This document shows, piece after piece, positions 1-14,252 of a stretch of 24,202 nucleotides of DNA. The translations under genes were made by a program, and so were the position numbers. The DNA lies in IMG/VR virus record IMGVR_UViG_3300030102_001057, positions 1 through 24,202 of that record; one strand, 5' to 3'. Numbering within the stretch: the stretch's first letter is position 1; the number at the start of each line of letters is the position of its first letter. The DNA is from a virus. Taxonomy: Duplodnaviria; Caudoviricetes. The notes under the pieces were generated by a model. The model was not told where the DNA came from. It worked only from the letters and a program-made list of their open reading frames with translations, and did not search any database.

Positions 1-2
1 TA

Positions 3-155
3 TCTAACGGCGAAGTTATTCTATCAGGAAAAGATTTGGCTGGACTAGATCCAGATGGTAATATGGAAAGAGCGGGTATGCGATTAGGTAATGCACCTAA
101 CGGTAGCCGTGGTGCAGAAGCGGCAAGGATGTTCGCTGAAGTTAACAAAGCATAG
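3..155 (+). CDS. 3' end of a probable virion protein (partial)
   Basis: Open frame from the window edge, SNGEVILSGKDLAGLD...MFAEVNKA*, stop TAG at 153-155. The LSxGExV-like motif is common in phage virion/DNA-transfer proteins. Co-oriented with the downstream structural genes. Confidence 0.55.
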   Translation, partial: SNGEVILSGKDLAGLDPDGNMERAGMRLGNAPNGSRGAEAARMFAEVNKA

Positions 156-167
156 AAGGGTAAGACT

Positions 168-1016
168 ATGGCAGAACAAATAACCAGACAGATAGCGGAC
201 TTACCCGAATATCAAAAAGAATATTTACAAGAGATTCTGCAACGGGCACAGGCTCTGGGCAAACAAGCGTACACGCTTCCATCTTACCAGGTTGCAGAGC
301 GTACACCTATACAACAACAAGCTACGAACCTAGCTACACAAGGTATCGGTGCGTACATGCCTATGTTACAGGCAGGAGAAAAAGCCACCGCTGCTGGAAT
401 TGCGGCTACCGAAAGTCTGTTAGATCCAACTGCGGCTATGGCGTTTATGAATCCATTTCAACAGGCTGTTTCTGATGAAATAAACCGTGCATATGACATT
501 CAGGCCAGAGACGCTGGACTCGCTGCTGTTGGACGGGCGGGTGGCCCGTCTGCTTTTGGTGGATCTAGAGCCGAAATAGCAAAACGCGAGATAGATAGAA
601 ATCGAGCCTCGGCCCTTGCACGAGCACAGGCGCAAGCTTTTAGTCAAGCACAACAGCAACAGTTGGCACGGGCACAGTCGGCGGCACAGGGGCTGGGTAG
701 CTTGGGTATGCAACAGGCTAAACTTGGCGAGGCGTTCCAAGGTCTCAATATCAACGACATCAACATGCTATCTGCTCTTGGTGGTCAGGAACAGCAACAG
801 CGTCAGAGAGAACTGGATGCAGCAAGACAGACACAATATCAGAATGTTATGCAACCATACCAGCAACTTGGATTCTACTCAGATATATTCCAAGGTATGC
901 CGACATCTCAGACTACGTTTACATCGCAGCAGTCTCCAGATCCTAGCATGTTGTCACAGATTGGTGGTCTCGGCATGGGACTCTATAGTCTCGGTAAAGC
1001 TGGAATGTTTGGTTAA
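168..1016 (+). CDS. Putative internal virion / DNA-ejection (pilot-like) protein
   Basis: 282 aa, rich in Q/A/G and likely helical, with an AFGGSR motif and a Gly-rich hydrophobic C-terminus (QIGGLGMGLYSLG). Sits before two larger ejection-type genes. Confidence 0.6.
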   Translation: MAEQITRQIADLPEYQKEYLQEILQRAQALGKQAYTLPSYQVAERTPIQQQATNLATQGIGAYMPMLQAGEKATAAGIAATESLLDPTAAMAFMNPFQQAVSDEINRAYDIQARDAGLAAVGRAGGPSAFGGSRAEIAKREIDRNRASALARAQAQAFSQAQQQQLARAQSAAQGLGSLGMQQAKLGEAFQGLNINDINMLSALGGQEQQQRQRELDAARQTQYQNVMQPYQQLGFYSDIFQGMPTSQTTFTSQQSPDPSMLSQIGGLGMGLYSLGKAGMFG

Positions 1017-1031
1017 GGCAGGAGTTTAAAC

Positions 1032-3200
1032 ATGAATGTAATGAACCGCAAATTGTTTGCTAATCGAGATGCTCGTCGGAAGTTGGCGAACATGGGCGGT
1101 ATAATTGCATCGTCTCCAGAATTGTTGGGTACAGCGCAGAATTTTGAGAATGGTGGTCAAACTTTTTCTTCTATTTTTTCACGCCTTATGGCTCCTCCGA
1201 TATATGATATAGCGGGGGTTAGTAAACCACGGGTAGCGCAAGAACCCACACAGACAGCTTTAGAAGAGACGGAAACTATCTCAGAAGAAGCCGCTAAACA
1301 AATGGCTGTTTTAAGTAAAGCTAGAGCGGGTAATAGTCTAGCACAAATAGCCAAGGATACTCTTTTAGATACAGCAGACGTAATAAATATTATTGCAGGA
1401 AGTGCAGGTCTTTTAATTAATGAAGCAGCTGGTCTTACAGGAGATGTTTTAGCCATAGTGACAGGGGCTGTTAACGAGGATCTTGGAAAAGCTTTTGGTC
1501 GTACGGCTGAAGATATCCGATCAAGTGGTAGAGATTTATTGTTAAAAGAAGGCAAGGTTCTTCCTAGGGTTCTTGACTTTGATTTTTCTGGGGATCGAAG
1601 AGAAGAGATAGAACAAAACCTAAAAAGAACTCTAGGTACAACAGTAACACCAGAACAACGTGCAGCAATTCAAGAACAGTCTCTTGCTGCAATAGAGAGA
1701 GCTAGTCCTGAAACATTAAGGGATACTGGAGAATCAGTAGGGATCACTGGAAGAGCGCGACTTCCGAATGTTCAAGCGGACGTTACTACATCTGTTGGAG
1801 GATTAGGTTCTATTCCTACCTCTGATCAAGTGGGAGTGTCACCAACGGGTGAGATTACTGGTGTTAGAACCATGTCTGGTTATGGTGATTCAGGAATCAT
1901 GAGCCAAGCTCCAGGGTTCTCGGTTCCTAATGTAGACATAGGCGAAGCTGGGTTGGAAAACGCAAGACAACAGGCAGATCTACGAAAGTTTATTGCCACA
2001 GAAAACCCTGAGTTTTATAATCCTCTTGTCAAAGAAATGGGACAACGTGCCAGAGAGTATTACGACACAGATACGTTTACTCCACCTGAGTTGATATACT
2101 CTGGAGATGTTAGAGATATACTTAAAAGAGAAGAGGCTTCTCCAGAAGAAATTCAAGCCGCTTCTGATCGGTTGGCAAAGGAAGCTGCTGCTGATGAGGA
2201 GGCAAAAATAAAACAACAGTTTGGAGGCGAAGACGCGGAGGCGCAAGCACAAAGGGATGCAGAGATTGCAGAACAACAGGCCACGCTTGATAAGGATGAT
2301 GCTACACTAAATCCCTCTCAAAAAATTGTAAAAGAGTTTCAAAGACAAGTTGATATACTGAAAAAAGAAAGAGCCGACAGGAAAAAGGTTGAAGAAGATC
2401 AAGGCTTTTACACTGAGGAAGATGAAAAAATTCCAGTAAAAAACCCTGAATTCCAAGAATTATTAAAAGGGCCGTCTGAACAAGAAGAAGATTCAGAAAA
2501 AGTTATTGAAAAATTAGATAAAGCTGTTGACAAAGAAAATAAAAAGACAGGTGGAGGAAGCCCTGCTAATGCAGGAGCAAAGGTCTTTTTAGATGCAGCG
2601 GGTGTAGACTCATCTAACATGACCCTCAAAGAAAAAGTCACATCAATGAAAGAAATCTACACAGATTTACTAGGTTACGATGATGAAGAAGAGTCTGAGT
2701 TATTCTGGCTAAACATGGCTCAAATAGGTTTTCTAGTTGCATCTGGACAAGATCCAAATGCTTTAGCAAACATAGCCGCTGGTTTTGCTCAAGGCGCAAG
2801 TAAATTTGCACAGGATAAAAGAGACAAAAAAGCTCGTGATGATAAGATTACTCTTGCTGCTTTTAGCGAGGTTATGGCTGATGAAAGAGCCAAAACAAAA
2901 TTTGGTTATGATATGCAAATTGCCGCAATTCGTGCAGCTAAATCTGTTGGTACACAGGAGCCTTTTGTTGATGCAGTCAGAGTTCTTGCTCAAAAAGGTT
3001 TAGATTCTGGAATGTATAAAACTATAGAAGAATCTCTTGCCGCCGCCGATGCTGCGTTGCGTCCATACTATACTAGTACAACTGCAACTGAAAATCAGGC
3101 AGAAGAAACCGTTAAAGTTATTCAAAATGGAAAAACGATAGAAGTTCCTGCTAGTCAAATACCTACTCAGCAAAAAGTGCTAACCGAAGAAAAAGGGTAG
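1032..3200 (+). CDS. Putative internal virion protein (722 aa, acidic, helical)
   Basis: RBS GGAG at 1021-1024; long ORF between two virion-type genes; no catalytic motif seen. Confidence 0.55.
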   Translation: MNVMNRKLFANRDARRKLANMGGIIASSPELLGTAQNFENGGQTFSSIFSRLMAPPIYDIAGVSKPRVAQEPTQTALEETETISEEAAKQMAVLSKARAGNSLAQIAKDTLLDTADVINIIAGSAGLLINEAAGLTGDVLAIVTGAVNEDLGKAFGRTAEDIRSSGRDLLLKEGKVLPRVLDFDFSGDRREEIEQNLKRTLGTTVTPEQRAAIQEQSLAAIERASPETLRDTGESVGITGRARLPNVQADVTTSVGGLGSIPTSDQVGVSPTGEITGVRTMSGYGDSGIMSQAPGFSVPNVDIGEAGLENARQQADLRKFIATENPEFYNPLVKEMGQRAREYYDTDTFTPPELIYSGDVRDILKREEASPEEIQAASDRLAKEAAADEEAKIKQQFGGEDAEAQAQRDAEIAEQQATLDKDDATLNPSQKIVKEFQRQVDILKKERADRKKVEEDQGFYTEEDEKIPVKNPEFQELLKGPSEQEEDSEKVIEKLDKAVDKENKKTGGGSPANAGAKVFLDAAGVDSSNMTLKEKVTSMKEIYTDLLGYDDEEESELFWLNMAQIGFLVASGQDPNALANIAAGFAQGASKFAQDKRDKKARDDKITLAAFSEVMADERAKTKFGYDMQIAAIRAAKSVGTQEPFVDAVRVLAQKGLDSGMYKTIEESLAAADAALRPYYTSTTATENQAEETVKVIQNGKTIEVPASQIPTQQKVLTEEKG

Positions 3201-3203
3201 GAC

Positions 3204-7345
<4,142 letters not shown>

Positions 7346-7349
<4 letters not shown>

Positions 7350-7549
7350 TCCTCTACCTCAATCCTGACGCCCTTGCCCCCGAACAGTCTAACCAGTTCG
7401 TCAGCCTTTCCCTCTGTCTCTTGGACCAGGCCCTCGTCCATTGACAGCACCGATAAATCAACAGCCCATCCGATAAAATCCATCAAGGCTTCTATTTGCA
7501 TAGGATGCATCTGTTTTAGTCCCAGGGTCTTCATATCAGGATCTATCAT
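7346..7549 (-). CDS. Hypothetical protein (67 aa)
   Basis: ATGA overlap with the polymerase stop; its stop overlaps the stop of the convergent virion gene. Confidence 0.65.
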
Positions 7550-9459
7550 TCGATTTCCCCCCAGTTGTCCTTGAGTTCATCGTCAACTTTAGAGGGGACT
7601 TTCAAGACGTCCGACAGCCCATTCTCCATTATGTCCTTGATGCATCGCGCTTGGTCGTCACCCTCTACTGAAAAGCATAACTCATCATGAACCGTAAGCA
7701 TAGGTAAAAGTCCCTCTGAATAACAATCAGCCATAGCTTTTTTTGTCTGGTCGGCTGCTGATCCTTGGATCAATTTGTTCAACGCCTTGTAAGTAAACGC
7801 TCTTTTCAATGGCTGACCATATTCTTTCATGGCTTCTTCGTAGGGCAATGGCTTTTTGTATCCAAACGTTCTTGGTTCCCACAGGTGAAAGCGACAGCGA
7901 CGTCCCAGTATGGTACGGATCTGACCTGTCTTTTCTGCTTGTTTACTTGCCAGATCTGCAAGACCCTTAACGAACGGCACCTTCTCACGATGTGTTGCCA
8001 GTAGTTCTCCTGCTTCGTCAGGTGAGATGTCTAGCTGCGCGGCTAGTTTACCTTTGCCCATGCCATACATGATACCTAGGTTCACGACCTTCGCTTCCTT
8101 ACGCTTGATTCCTGCAATGTCAGCAACCATCTGGTGCAGATCCACATCACCGCTGTGGTATTCCTCTACAATTTTATCGACAATCGGGTGCTTGAAGTCT
8201 CCTCTCAGGCTTGCCGCAAAGTGCACCAGTAACCTCGGCTCTTGGCTCGAATAGTCAAACGACCCCCACTTGGTTCCTTCTTCTGGTATAAACAAACCAC
8301 GGATCATCTTCTTGATCTCAGGATCACGCGAAGGAATTTGCTGTAGGTTTGGGTTGGACGACGAGAATCGTCCAGTCACAGTCCCACCGTCATCGGATCG
8401 AAGCTGATGGAACTCGCAATGGATACGACCGTTGTGTTCGTGCTTCATGATCGTTTCAATGAACGTGCTCTCTGCCTTGTCAAATTCACGTAGCTTGACG
8501 ATCTTTTGTGCTGTCGGGTGGGGATGGGTACTAAGATACTGTTTGGTGAATGAGGGGGCACCTGCGTCAGTCTTAGGGTATGGTAGGTTCAACTCCTCAA
8601 ACACTGCGGCTACTGAGGCCGCTGCCCATGGCTCTATTTTGATCTGTGTTTCCCCAAAAATCTCGTCTTTTATTGTCTGTGTTCTTTTCTTCAACGCAGT
8701 TCTTGCTTGCTCTGCTTTGTCAAGATCAACCCGGACTCCAAGTTCTCGCATGTCACACATCATTGGGATCAAACCTGTCTCCAGTTTCCAGATATTCCAG
8801 AGATCCTGCTTATCCAATTCTATCTTCAGACGCTCCCACAAGCGCAGAGTCATACCTGCATCCTGCTCCGCATACCGTCCGACAGCCTCTGGTGGTAGCC
8901 TGTACATCTCTGCTTTGGGATCAAAACCCCACTCCGCTGCGGATACACGCAGTAACTTCTCATCTTTGCGTTCATCGAGGTAGTCACGACCCAAGTTATT
9001 TAGGCTGTATGACCAACGGTTCTCGTCAACCACCGCCCCTGTAATCATGGTATCAATGATTCGACCCTCAACCTTGACACCCTCGGCACGTAGCCAACCC
9101 AGATCGTAGGTCGCATTGTGCATGATCTTATCTATGTCTGGCGTTGCCATCTGTTTCTGTAGCCATTTGAGCGCGATCCTCGCGTCCATGTTGTGACCGT
9201 TCTCATGGCGGATCGGGAAGTATCCCTGCCAATCCCCTGCGGCTACGGCTATACCTACGATGTATCCATCTTTACGAACCCATCCTGGTCCTAACGTCGT
9301 CAGGTTTGGATCACATGTTTCGAGATCGATTGAGATCTGTTTATACTTTGTAAGGTCAGGAAACTCTGATGGAATGTTCCACGTTAGTTCCTTTCCTTGG
9401 TTCATCTGCTTTGCGATGACATGATCCTTCTCAAATAGATTACCTTGACTCATCTTCAA
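7546..9459 (-). CDS. polA: Family A DNA polymerase (3'-5' exonuclease plus polymerase, no 5'-3' exonuclease)
   Basis: Exonuclease motifs DLET, HNATYD and YAEQDA; TGRFSSSNPNLQQIP; motif A FDYSSQEPRLL; motif B RKEAKVVNLGIMYGMG; motif C TVHDEL. Confidence 0.97.
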   Translation of the reverse strand: MKMSQGNLFEKDHVIAKQMNQGKELTWNIPSEFPDLTKYKQISIDLETCDPNLTTLGPGWVRKDGYIVGIAVAAGDWQGYFPIRHENGHNMDARIALKWLQKQMATPDIDKIMHNATYDLGWLRAEGVKVEGRIIDTMITGAVVDENRWSYSLNNLGRDYLDERKDEKLLRVSAAEWGFDPKAEMYRLPPEAVGRYAEQDAGMTLRLWERLKIELDKQDLWNIWKLETGLIPMMCDMRELGVRVDLDKAEQARTALKKRTQTIKDEIFGETQIKIEPWAAASVAAVFEELNLPYPKTDAGAPSFTKQYLSTHPHPTAQKIVKLREFDKAESTFIETIMKHEHNGRIHCEFHQLRSDDGGTVTGRFSSSNPNLQQIPSRDPEIKKMIRGLFIPEEGTKWGSFDYSSQEPRLLVHFAASLRGDFKHPIVDKIVEEYHSGDVDLHQMVADIAGIKRKEAKVVNLGIMYGMGKGKLAAQLDISPDEAGELLATHREKVPFVKGLADLASKQAEKTGQIRTILGRRCRFHLWEPRTFGYKKPLPYEEAMKEYGQPLKRAFTYKALNKLIQGSAADQTKKAMADCYSEGLLPMLTVHDELCFSVEGDDQARCIKDIMENGLSDVLKVPSKVDDELKDNWGEIE

Positions 9460-9727
9460 ACTCTGCTCCCAATGCTGAATATCCGCACTTGTCGATCCAC
9501 GAATCTTTGTGGTCGATGGTCTCCAACAATCGACAGGTCTTCACCCAGTCCATCATCAGAGCCACATGCTTTGCTGTTATTTTATTATGTGTTGTGAATG
9601 CGTCCTGTACTATTACATTCCAACCAGTTGCTATTCGGTCGAAGTTATCCTTCGCATCTCCATAGTCTTTTGCTCTGTTACCGTTGATCAGTTCTTTCGC
9701 TGTATCTAGATAGTCGTTGCGTTTCAT
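9440..9727 (-). CDS. DUF6378-like phage protein
   Basis: Pattern A..LING.R..DYG....NF.RIA..W...VA.MM...K..R.....DSW.D..GY.AL. Start moved to ATG 9727, which gives an ATGA overlap with the upstream stop. Confidence 0.75.
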   Translation of the reverse strand: MKRNDYLDTAKELINGNRAKDYGDAKDNFDRIATGWNVIVQDAFTTHNKITAKHVALMMDWVKTCRLLETIDHKDSWIDKCGYSALGAEFEDESR

Positions 9728-10176
9728 ACTGCTTCCCATTTAAATTTTAGTTGCCCATATATTGGTTGCCACTTTCTCCCTGGACGGTTCTGCCATCCCT
9801 TGGGTTTCAGTTCTACTTCGCCAACCATCTTCCATCCTGCTCCCTTCAGGCTCGAACCAGCTTCCGATTGTAAGGTGTACGTTATCATTCGTTTACCTCC
9901 CATCTGTTGCCAGATCCGCCAACACCTTCCGTATAGAAAGGAACAGGTGTTCTTTGGTGCATCGTCCTGCACACATACCCTTACTACTTCCGCTGTAAAT
10001 CCATCCATCATGCGCCTAGCTACTGGGTTACCTACAATAGCAACACCCACCAGACGGTCATCGTAACTTGCACCTATAGCAAACTTCCCACCTTGTGGTG
10101 GTTTATTGTGACGGTGAAAGTTTCCAACAAACTCACGAGCTTCACGTAGACTAATAGGCACAGGTATTAGTTTCAT
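9724..10176 (-). CDS. XF1762-family / Mom-like GNAT-fold protein, putative DNA-modifying enzyme
   Basis: A..FV..FHRH..PP.G.KF.IG....LVGVAIVG.PVAR...DG..AEV.R.C...N.CS.LYG....YT...E.G.SLK.AGW pattern. Start at 10176 by ATGA coupling. Confidence 0.75.
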   Translation of the reverse strand: MKLIPVPISLREAREFVGNFHRHNKPPQGGKFAIGASYDDRLVGVAIVGNPVARRMMDGFTAEVVRVCVQDDAPKNTCSFLYGRCWRIWQQMGGKRMITYTLQSEAGSSLKGAGWKMVGEVELKPKGWQNRPGRKWQPIYGQLKFKWEAV

Positions 10177-10982
10177 CCTGTGCACTCCCCATCGTCCGTC
10201 TGGCAAAGGAAAGCTTCGTCATCAAAGATCCAATCCCCTTGTCTGCCTACAAACTCTCCCAGTTCTTTGTACGTGCGTACATCATGGAATGATCTGTCCT
10301 TTGTTTCTTCCCAGTTCTGCCACCACTTCATGCGGTCTGGATACTCACGCCACATAGCCGCTAGTGTTGCTTCGCTCTTCAAGAAACAACCGTCACAGTT
10401 CCCTGATCCTGGGGTAATCTTCAGATCGAACTCGTGCTGTTTCCAGAAGAACATAACATCTTGCTTCGTGACCCCTGCATCTGCCAACGGAAACCAGTTG
10501 TCCCACCGTTTGTCCTTGCTTGGTTTTACCCGCTTGGCTTCGTCTGCACGGATGCCGATGGTGTTTGTCCAGTGCTCCCACCCGACAGACAGCAGATACC
10601 GACGCATAGTCTTGACCTTCAACTCCTGAGTGCAGGATCTACGGAATACATTTGGTAGCATGTTAAACGAAAGGTACTTATCAAACGGCTCCCCCTTTCG
10701 CGCAGCGGAATCCCAACTGACCGTTTGAAAGTGTGCCTTACCATTCTGATATCGATTGGATGGTGCCCTCGAATACTCAAGCCACGTAATGTCTACGCCC
10801 CAGTTCTTCTCTATGTTGTGCACAAAGTCCAGTGTCCCTGGCATCTCACGCCCAGTGTTGGCAAACAAAACCTTCACGCGATCTGGTAGATCTCCGTTAG
10901 CCTTCAGTATCCTATGCAACATATACCCAGAGGTGCGACCACCACTGAAGCTGATAAGAACATTTCCGTCGGGTAGTTTCAT
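10173..10982 (-). CDS. PAPS reductase-like (PP-loop) protein
   Basis: PP-loop SFSGGRTSG, then NTGRE, CTQELK, GIRADE..R, FPL and the Cys cluster GNCDGCF. Confidence 0.85.
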   Translation of the reverse strand: MKLPDGNVLISFSGGRTSGYMLHRILKANGDLPDRVKVLFANTGREMPGTLDFVHNIEKNWGVDITWLEYSRAPSNRYQNGKAHFQTVSWDSAARKGEPFDKYLSFNMLPNVFRRSCTQELKVKTMRRYLLSVGWEHWTNTIGIRADEAKRVKPSKDKRWDNWFPLADAGVTKQDVMFFWKQHEFDLKITPGSGNCDGCFLKSEATLAAMWREYPDRMKWWQNWEETKDRSFHDVRTYKELGEFVGRQGDWIFDDEAFLCQTDDGECTG

Positions 10983-12508
10983 ATCTCGTACCTGTACTTC
11001 TTGTCTGACTCTATAAGATACAGGTTCTGCTTGGCACGAGTCACTGCCACATAGAATATTCTGTCCTCATCCTCTGGATGCTTACCCTCTACACATGCTT
11101 TGGTAGATCCCAAGTATACCGCTACGTTGTCATCCTCACCACCTTTCATGGCATGGATCGTAGAGATCTTGATCCTTGGTTCTTTGTAAACGCTCTCGCC
11201 TTTTCTCTCAATAGATCTGATGTAAATCTTTTCCTGTTCCGATAATCGAATGACATCAAGAGGTGATGTATCTATGGGTGCCAACATCCCAAAGTCCTTG
11301 ACCAGTTTGGCATGGGTCAGCAGTTCGTCAGGCGCAGCGGCATCCAACAGTTTGATAGATCCACGTTTAACAACTGCACCCTCGCCCATCTTTGGCACCA
11401 TCTCGTACAATCTTCTGACTCTCCCGACATACGTGCCCTTCCCTGTGGTGATGTCTTCCCACACAGACATCGCTTCCAGTTTCTTTTCGGGCACAGACCA
11501 GTGACCCTTGCGGCTGTAGAAGTATCCCTCTTGCTCCAAGAACTCTGCTATATCGTTCACAAACGAGTTGGTTCGAGCCATGATCGTCCATGATCCCTGA
11601 TGCAATGGCAGTGCCCATCGGTTCATGACCCTCGTAACTCTACCCTCTTCCTGTCTGGGAAAGAACTCTTTCTCTAGTCTGCCCGGTATGCGGTGGGAGA
11701 TACCCATAGCAAGCTCCCAGACGCTCCGTGGTAAGCGGTACGACTGATTGAGTACCTCAACTCTATCTGTGCAGTTAATGAAGTCCTCAACGTTTACAGA
11801 CGTCCAACGGTGGATAGCCTGATCATCATCCCCTGCAATCAACACCTCGTCCGCATGTTCGGACATCTTTCTTACCATCTTCCATTGTAGAGGTGTAAGA
11901 TCCTGTGCCTCGTCAACAATCAACAGATCTAAGTTTGGTGGCTCTGCTATATCTATGTACTTGGCAATCATGTCAGAGAAATCTACACGATTGGTTTTTG
12001 ATTTGTACTCAAGCAATTGTTTTTCAATCTGCACAAGCTTGGAGAAACTCAGGTCGTGATCCTCCTCGTAGTTGAACTCAAAGTCCAGGTCAGACATCCG
12101 ATAGACCGACCGCATGATGATCTGTAGGTACTTGGCTCCTGATCCTTTCATGCTTGGCATGGCTACCCCATCGTGTACGGACGTAGAGTCTGCGCCATCG
12201 AAGTCTACGGCAAGCATCTCACCTAGTTTGGTAAAGTCTTGCTTGCTCATCACATCCTTCGGGGCCAGGCCCAATCCATGATACCCGGTCGCATGTAACG
12301 TTTTAAAGTGTGGGAAGTCTTGCTTGGTAAGATTGAACTTGTCACAGGCTCTAGCAACAAACTCTCCTATCGCTTTGGTGGTAAAGGAGACCACACCAAT
12401 TCGCGAAGGATGCACACCCTCTTCAAGCTTTGCCTGTACTCTTTCGATTAACGTATAAGTTTTGCCGCAACCTGGAGGTCCCAAGATCAGCGTAGCGTTA
12501 TCAATCAT
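10979..12508 (-). CDS. UvrD/Rep-like superfamily 1 helicase
   Basis: Walker A GPPGCGKT, SFT.KA, DEAQD, GDDDQAI, QSYR, STIHAMKGGE and FYVAVTRAK. Confidence 0.93.
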   Translation of the reverse strand: MIDNATLILGPPGCGKTYTLIERVQAKLEEGVHPSRIGVVSFTTKAIGEFVARACDKFNLTKQDFPHFKTLHATGYHGLGLAPKDVMSKQDFTKLGEMLAVDFDGADSTSVHDGVAMPSMKGSGAKYLQIIMRSVYRMSDLDFEFNYEEDHDLSFSKLVQIEKQLLEYKSKTNRVDFSDMIAKYIDIAEPPNLDLLIVDEAQDLTPLQWKMVRKMSEHADEVLIAGDDDQAIHRWTSVNVEDFINCTDRVEVLNQSYRLPRSVWELAMGISHRIPGRLEKEFFPRQEEGRVTRVMNRWALPLHQGSWTIMARTNSFVNDIAEFLEQEGYFYSRKGHWSVPEKKLEAMSVWEDITTGKGTYVGRVRRLYEMVPKMGEGAVVKRGSIKLLDAAAPDELLTHAKLVKDFGMLAPIDTSPLDVIRLSEQEKIYIRSIERKGESVYKEPRIKISTIHAMKGGEDDNVAVYLGSTKACVEGKHPEDEDRIFYVAVTRAKQNLYLIESDKKYRYEI

Positions 12509-12704
12509 CCGTGCGACGACCCTCTAACCAATCGTCAATGTCCTGTTTACTCCAACGACTGGCAGATCTTCGGGCGTCTCCATTGCCAAACTTATATGGC
12601 TTTGGAAAGTTTCCCTCGTTTACCCATTTGTATATGGCGGACTCGGATACATCGAGCCAGTCAGCCACATCCTTGGCCTTCAAAAAATTAGAACGGTATT
12701 TCAT
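12501..12704 (-). CDS. AlpA/excisionase-like HTH DNA-binding protein
   Basis: L...DVA..L.VS.SAIY.W...G.FPKP......RW...DI..WL signature. Confidence 0.85.
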   Translation of the reverse strand: MKYRSNFLKAKDVADWLDVSESAIYKWVNEGNFPKPYKFGNGDARRSASRWSKQDIDDWLEGRRTDD

Positions 12705-14229
12705 TGTCCATCTCCTTTATCGGTATCGCTACCTCATCGTTCTCAAATGCCGGAACCCACCACACACGAACGGTGGATTTCTTTCCTTCTTCATTTACTA
12801 TTGCTTTATGACCATGACACTCTTGGTCGTTGTTTAATTTCTTCAGCTGCTCTTGAACCTGTGCCCTTGTAAAGGCCGTGAACCTACGGTTGTGCAAGAA
12901 CTCCATCAGCCCTGCTATAGTAAAAGACGTGTACCCTTGGTTATCTGTCCATGGTTTACCCTGTAACAATTCTTCTGGGTGTATCGCCCTGATACGACTC
13001 GTGCAGTATGCTTTGAGTAATGCTTTAAACTCCCCACTCACGGTCAGTTCTTCTGGCACTTCCTGACTAGAACTCTCCGTCATTAACTTGTGGAGCAAAG
13101 CTTGCCATGCTCTGGGTTTTATAATTGGTGGCACCATTTGTGCTTGTTCCATGCAAGCTCTCTGAAATAAACTCTGGGTCTGAAGCTGTTCCGTGTTCAG
13201 TTGTATTCTTTTTCCTGCCACTGTGAGAAAGTATAGCCTGGGTTCCGATAGTATGACCAGTAAGTTTCCTATCTCTGGAACCTCCGCCCCTGTATCCCCG
13301 ATGCCAAATTTCATAGACATACAAAGTTCCTTATCACAGTAGCTCTTGAACGGTTCCTGTTCGCACGTATAGAAGTATTCTTTCTTATCTAAACTTTTCT
13401 GTAACGCCAGAACTTCCTTGGCATCAAGCGGTGGAGAAAACAACTGTTGGTTCATGGTCTCCATCTCAGCTTTCCAATTGTCTCCGTGTTTCATCCGACA
13501 GAATACGCCAAGCATAAAGAGTTTCTTGTTGCGCTCTTCGCCTGACGGACCATCACGAAACAAATGCTGAAGACATGGCGGAGCATCCGACAATAGTTTC
13601 CTCGGCTTGTTGTTCTTGGATCTCAGTCCTTCTAGCTTGGAGATAGGGACTGTGTTCTTATGGATAGCTTTTATAAAGTCCTCAATCTCCATGGCCTCAA
13701 CCTTTGAGTTGAAGCAATATCTCTGTGGCAAGTCCGCATTGAAGTATGGCAAGTTAATGAAGTTTCCTACGTCACCTCTTTCCGCCAAGATAATATCCTG
13801 CTTCGGAAAGATCTCGCATCCACTGTGTCCCAGAGCAACTGCCATTTCCAACAGATACTCCCGCACAACTTTTGCCTGTTCGTACTCTTTGAGAAACAAA
13901 TACAAATGTGCACCGCCTGACTTCGATCTGCAATGCAGCAGCGGAAGCTTTAGTTTCTGTATCCGTTGCTGTAGTTCGTTGTGATCCAGGTCATATATGT
14001 CTATGTCCAGTGCGCCCCACCTACATTTGTTTTCTTCATTGATCGGGATAGCCCCGACCCCCTGCTCACCATCAATGTGTCCTTGCATAATCTCAACTGT
14101 TAATGCTTGACGTACTATCCTACTATCAGCATCGGCTTTACCATTTCTGCCAATCCGACCGACTGTAGTTGTACCATGTGCAACCTTCGAACCCTCGAAG
14201 GCCGCAAGCATTTCGTCTGCTAATGACAT
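12688..14229 (-). CDS. AEP-superfamily primase (prim-pol type) with a Cys-containing C-terminal region
   Basis: DID and RSKSGGAHLYLF catalytic motifs, EIFPKQ, GNFINLPY and PPC...RN. RBS AGGAG upstream of ATG 14229. Confidence 0.8.
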   Translation of the reverse strand: MSLADEMLAAFEGSKVAHGTTTVGRIGRNGKADADSRIVRQALTVEIMQGHIDGEQGVGAIPINEENKCRWGALDIDIYDLDHNELQQRIQKLKLPLLHCRSKSGGAHLYLFLKEYEQAKVVREYLLEMAVALGHSGCEIFPKQDIILAERGDVGNFINLPYFNADLPQRYCFNSKVEAMEIEDFIKAIHKNTVPISKLEGLRSKNNKPRKLLSDAPPCLQHLFRDGPSGEERNKKLFMLGVFCRMKHGDNWKAEMETMNQQLFSPPLDAKEVLALQKSLDKKEYFYTCEQEPFKSYCDKELCMSMKFGIGDTGAEVPEIGNLLVILSEPRLYFLTVAGKRIQLNTEQLQTQSLFQRACMEQAQMVPPIIKPRAWQALLHKLMTESSSQEVPEELTVSGEFKALLKAYCTSRIRAIHPEELLQGKPWTDNQGYTSFTIAGLMEFLHNRRFTAFTRAQVQEQLKKLNNDQECHGHKAIVNEEGKKSTVRVWWVPAFENDEVAIPIKEMDNEIPF

Positions 14230-14252
14230 GCTTGGCTCCTGTTGGGTGAAAG

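Noticed and set aside
12501-12704. AlpA/Xis-like gene as proof of a prophage
   Set aside because: No integrase, att site or host genes in the window, and such HTH genes also occur in lytic replication modules.
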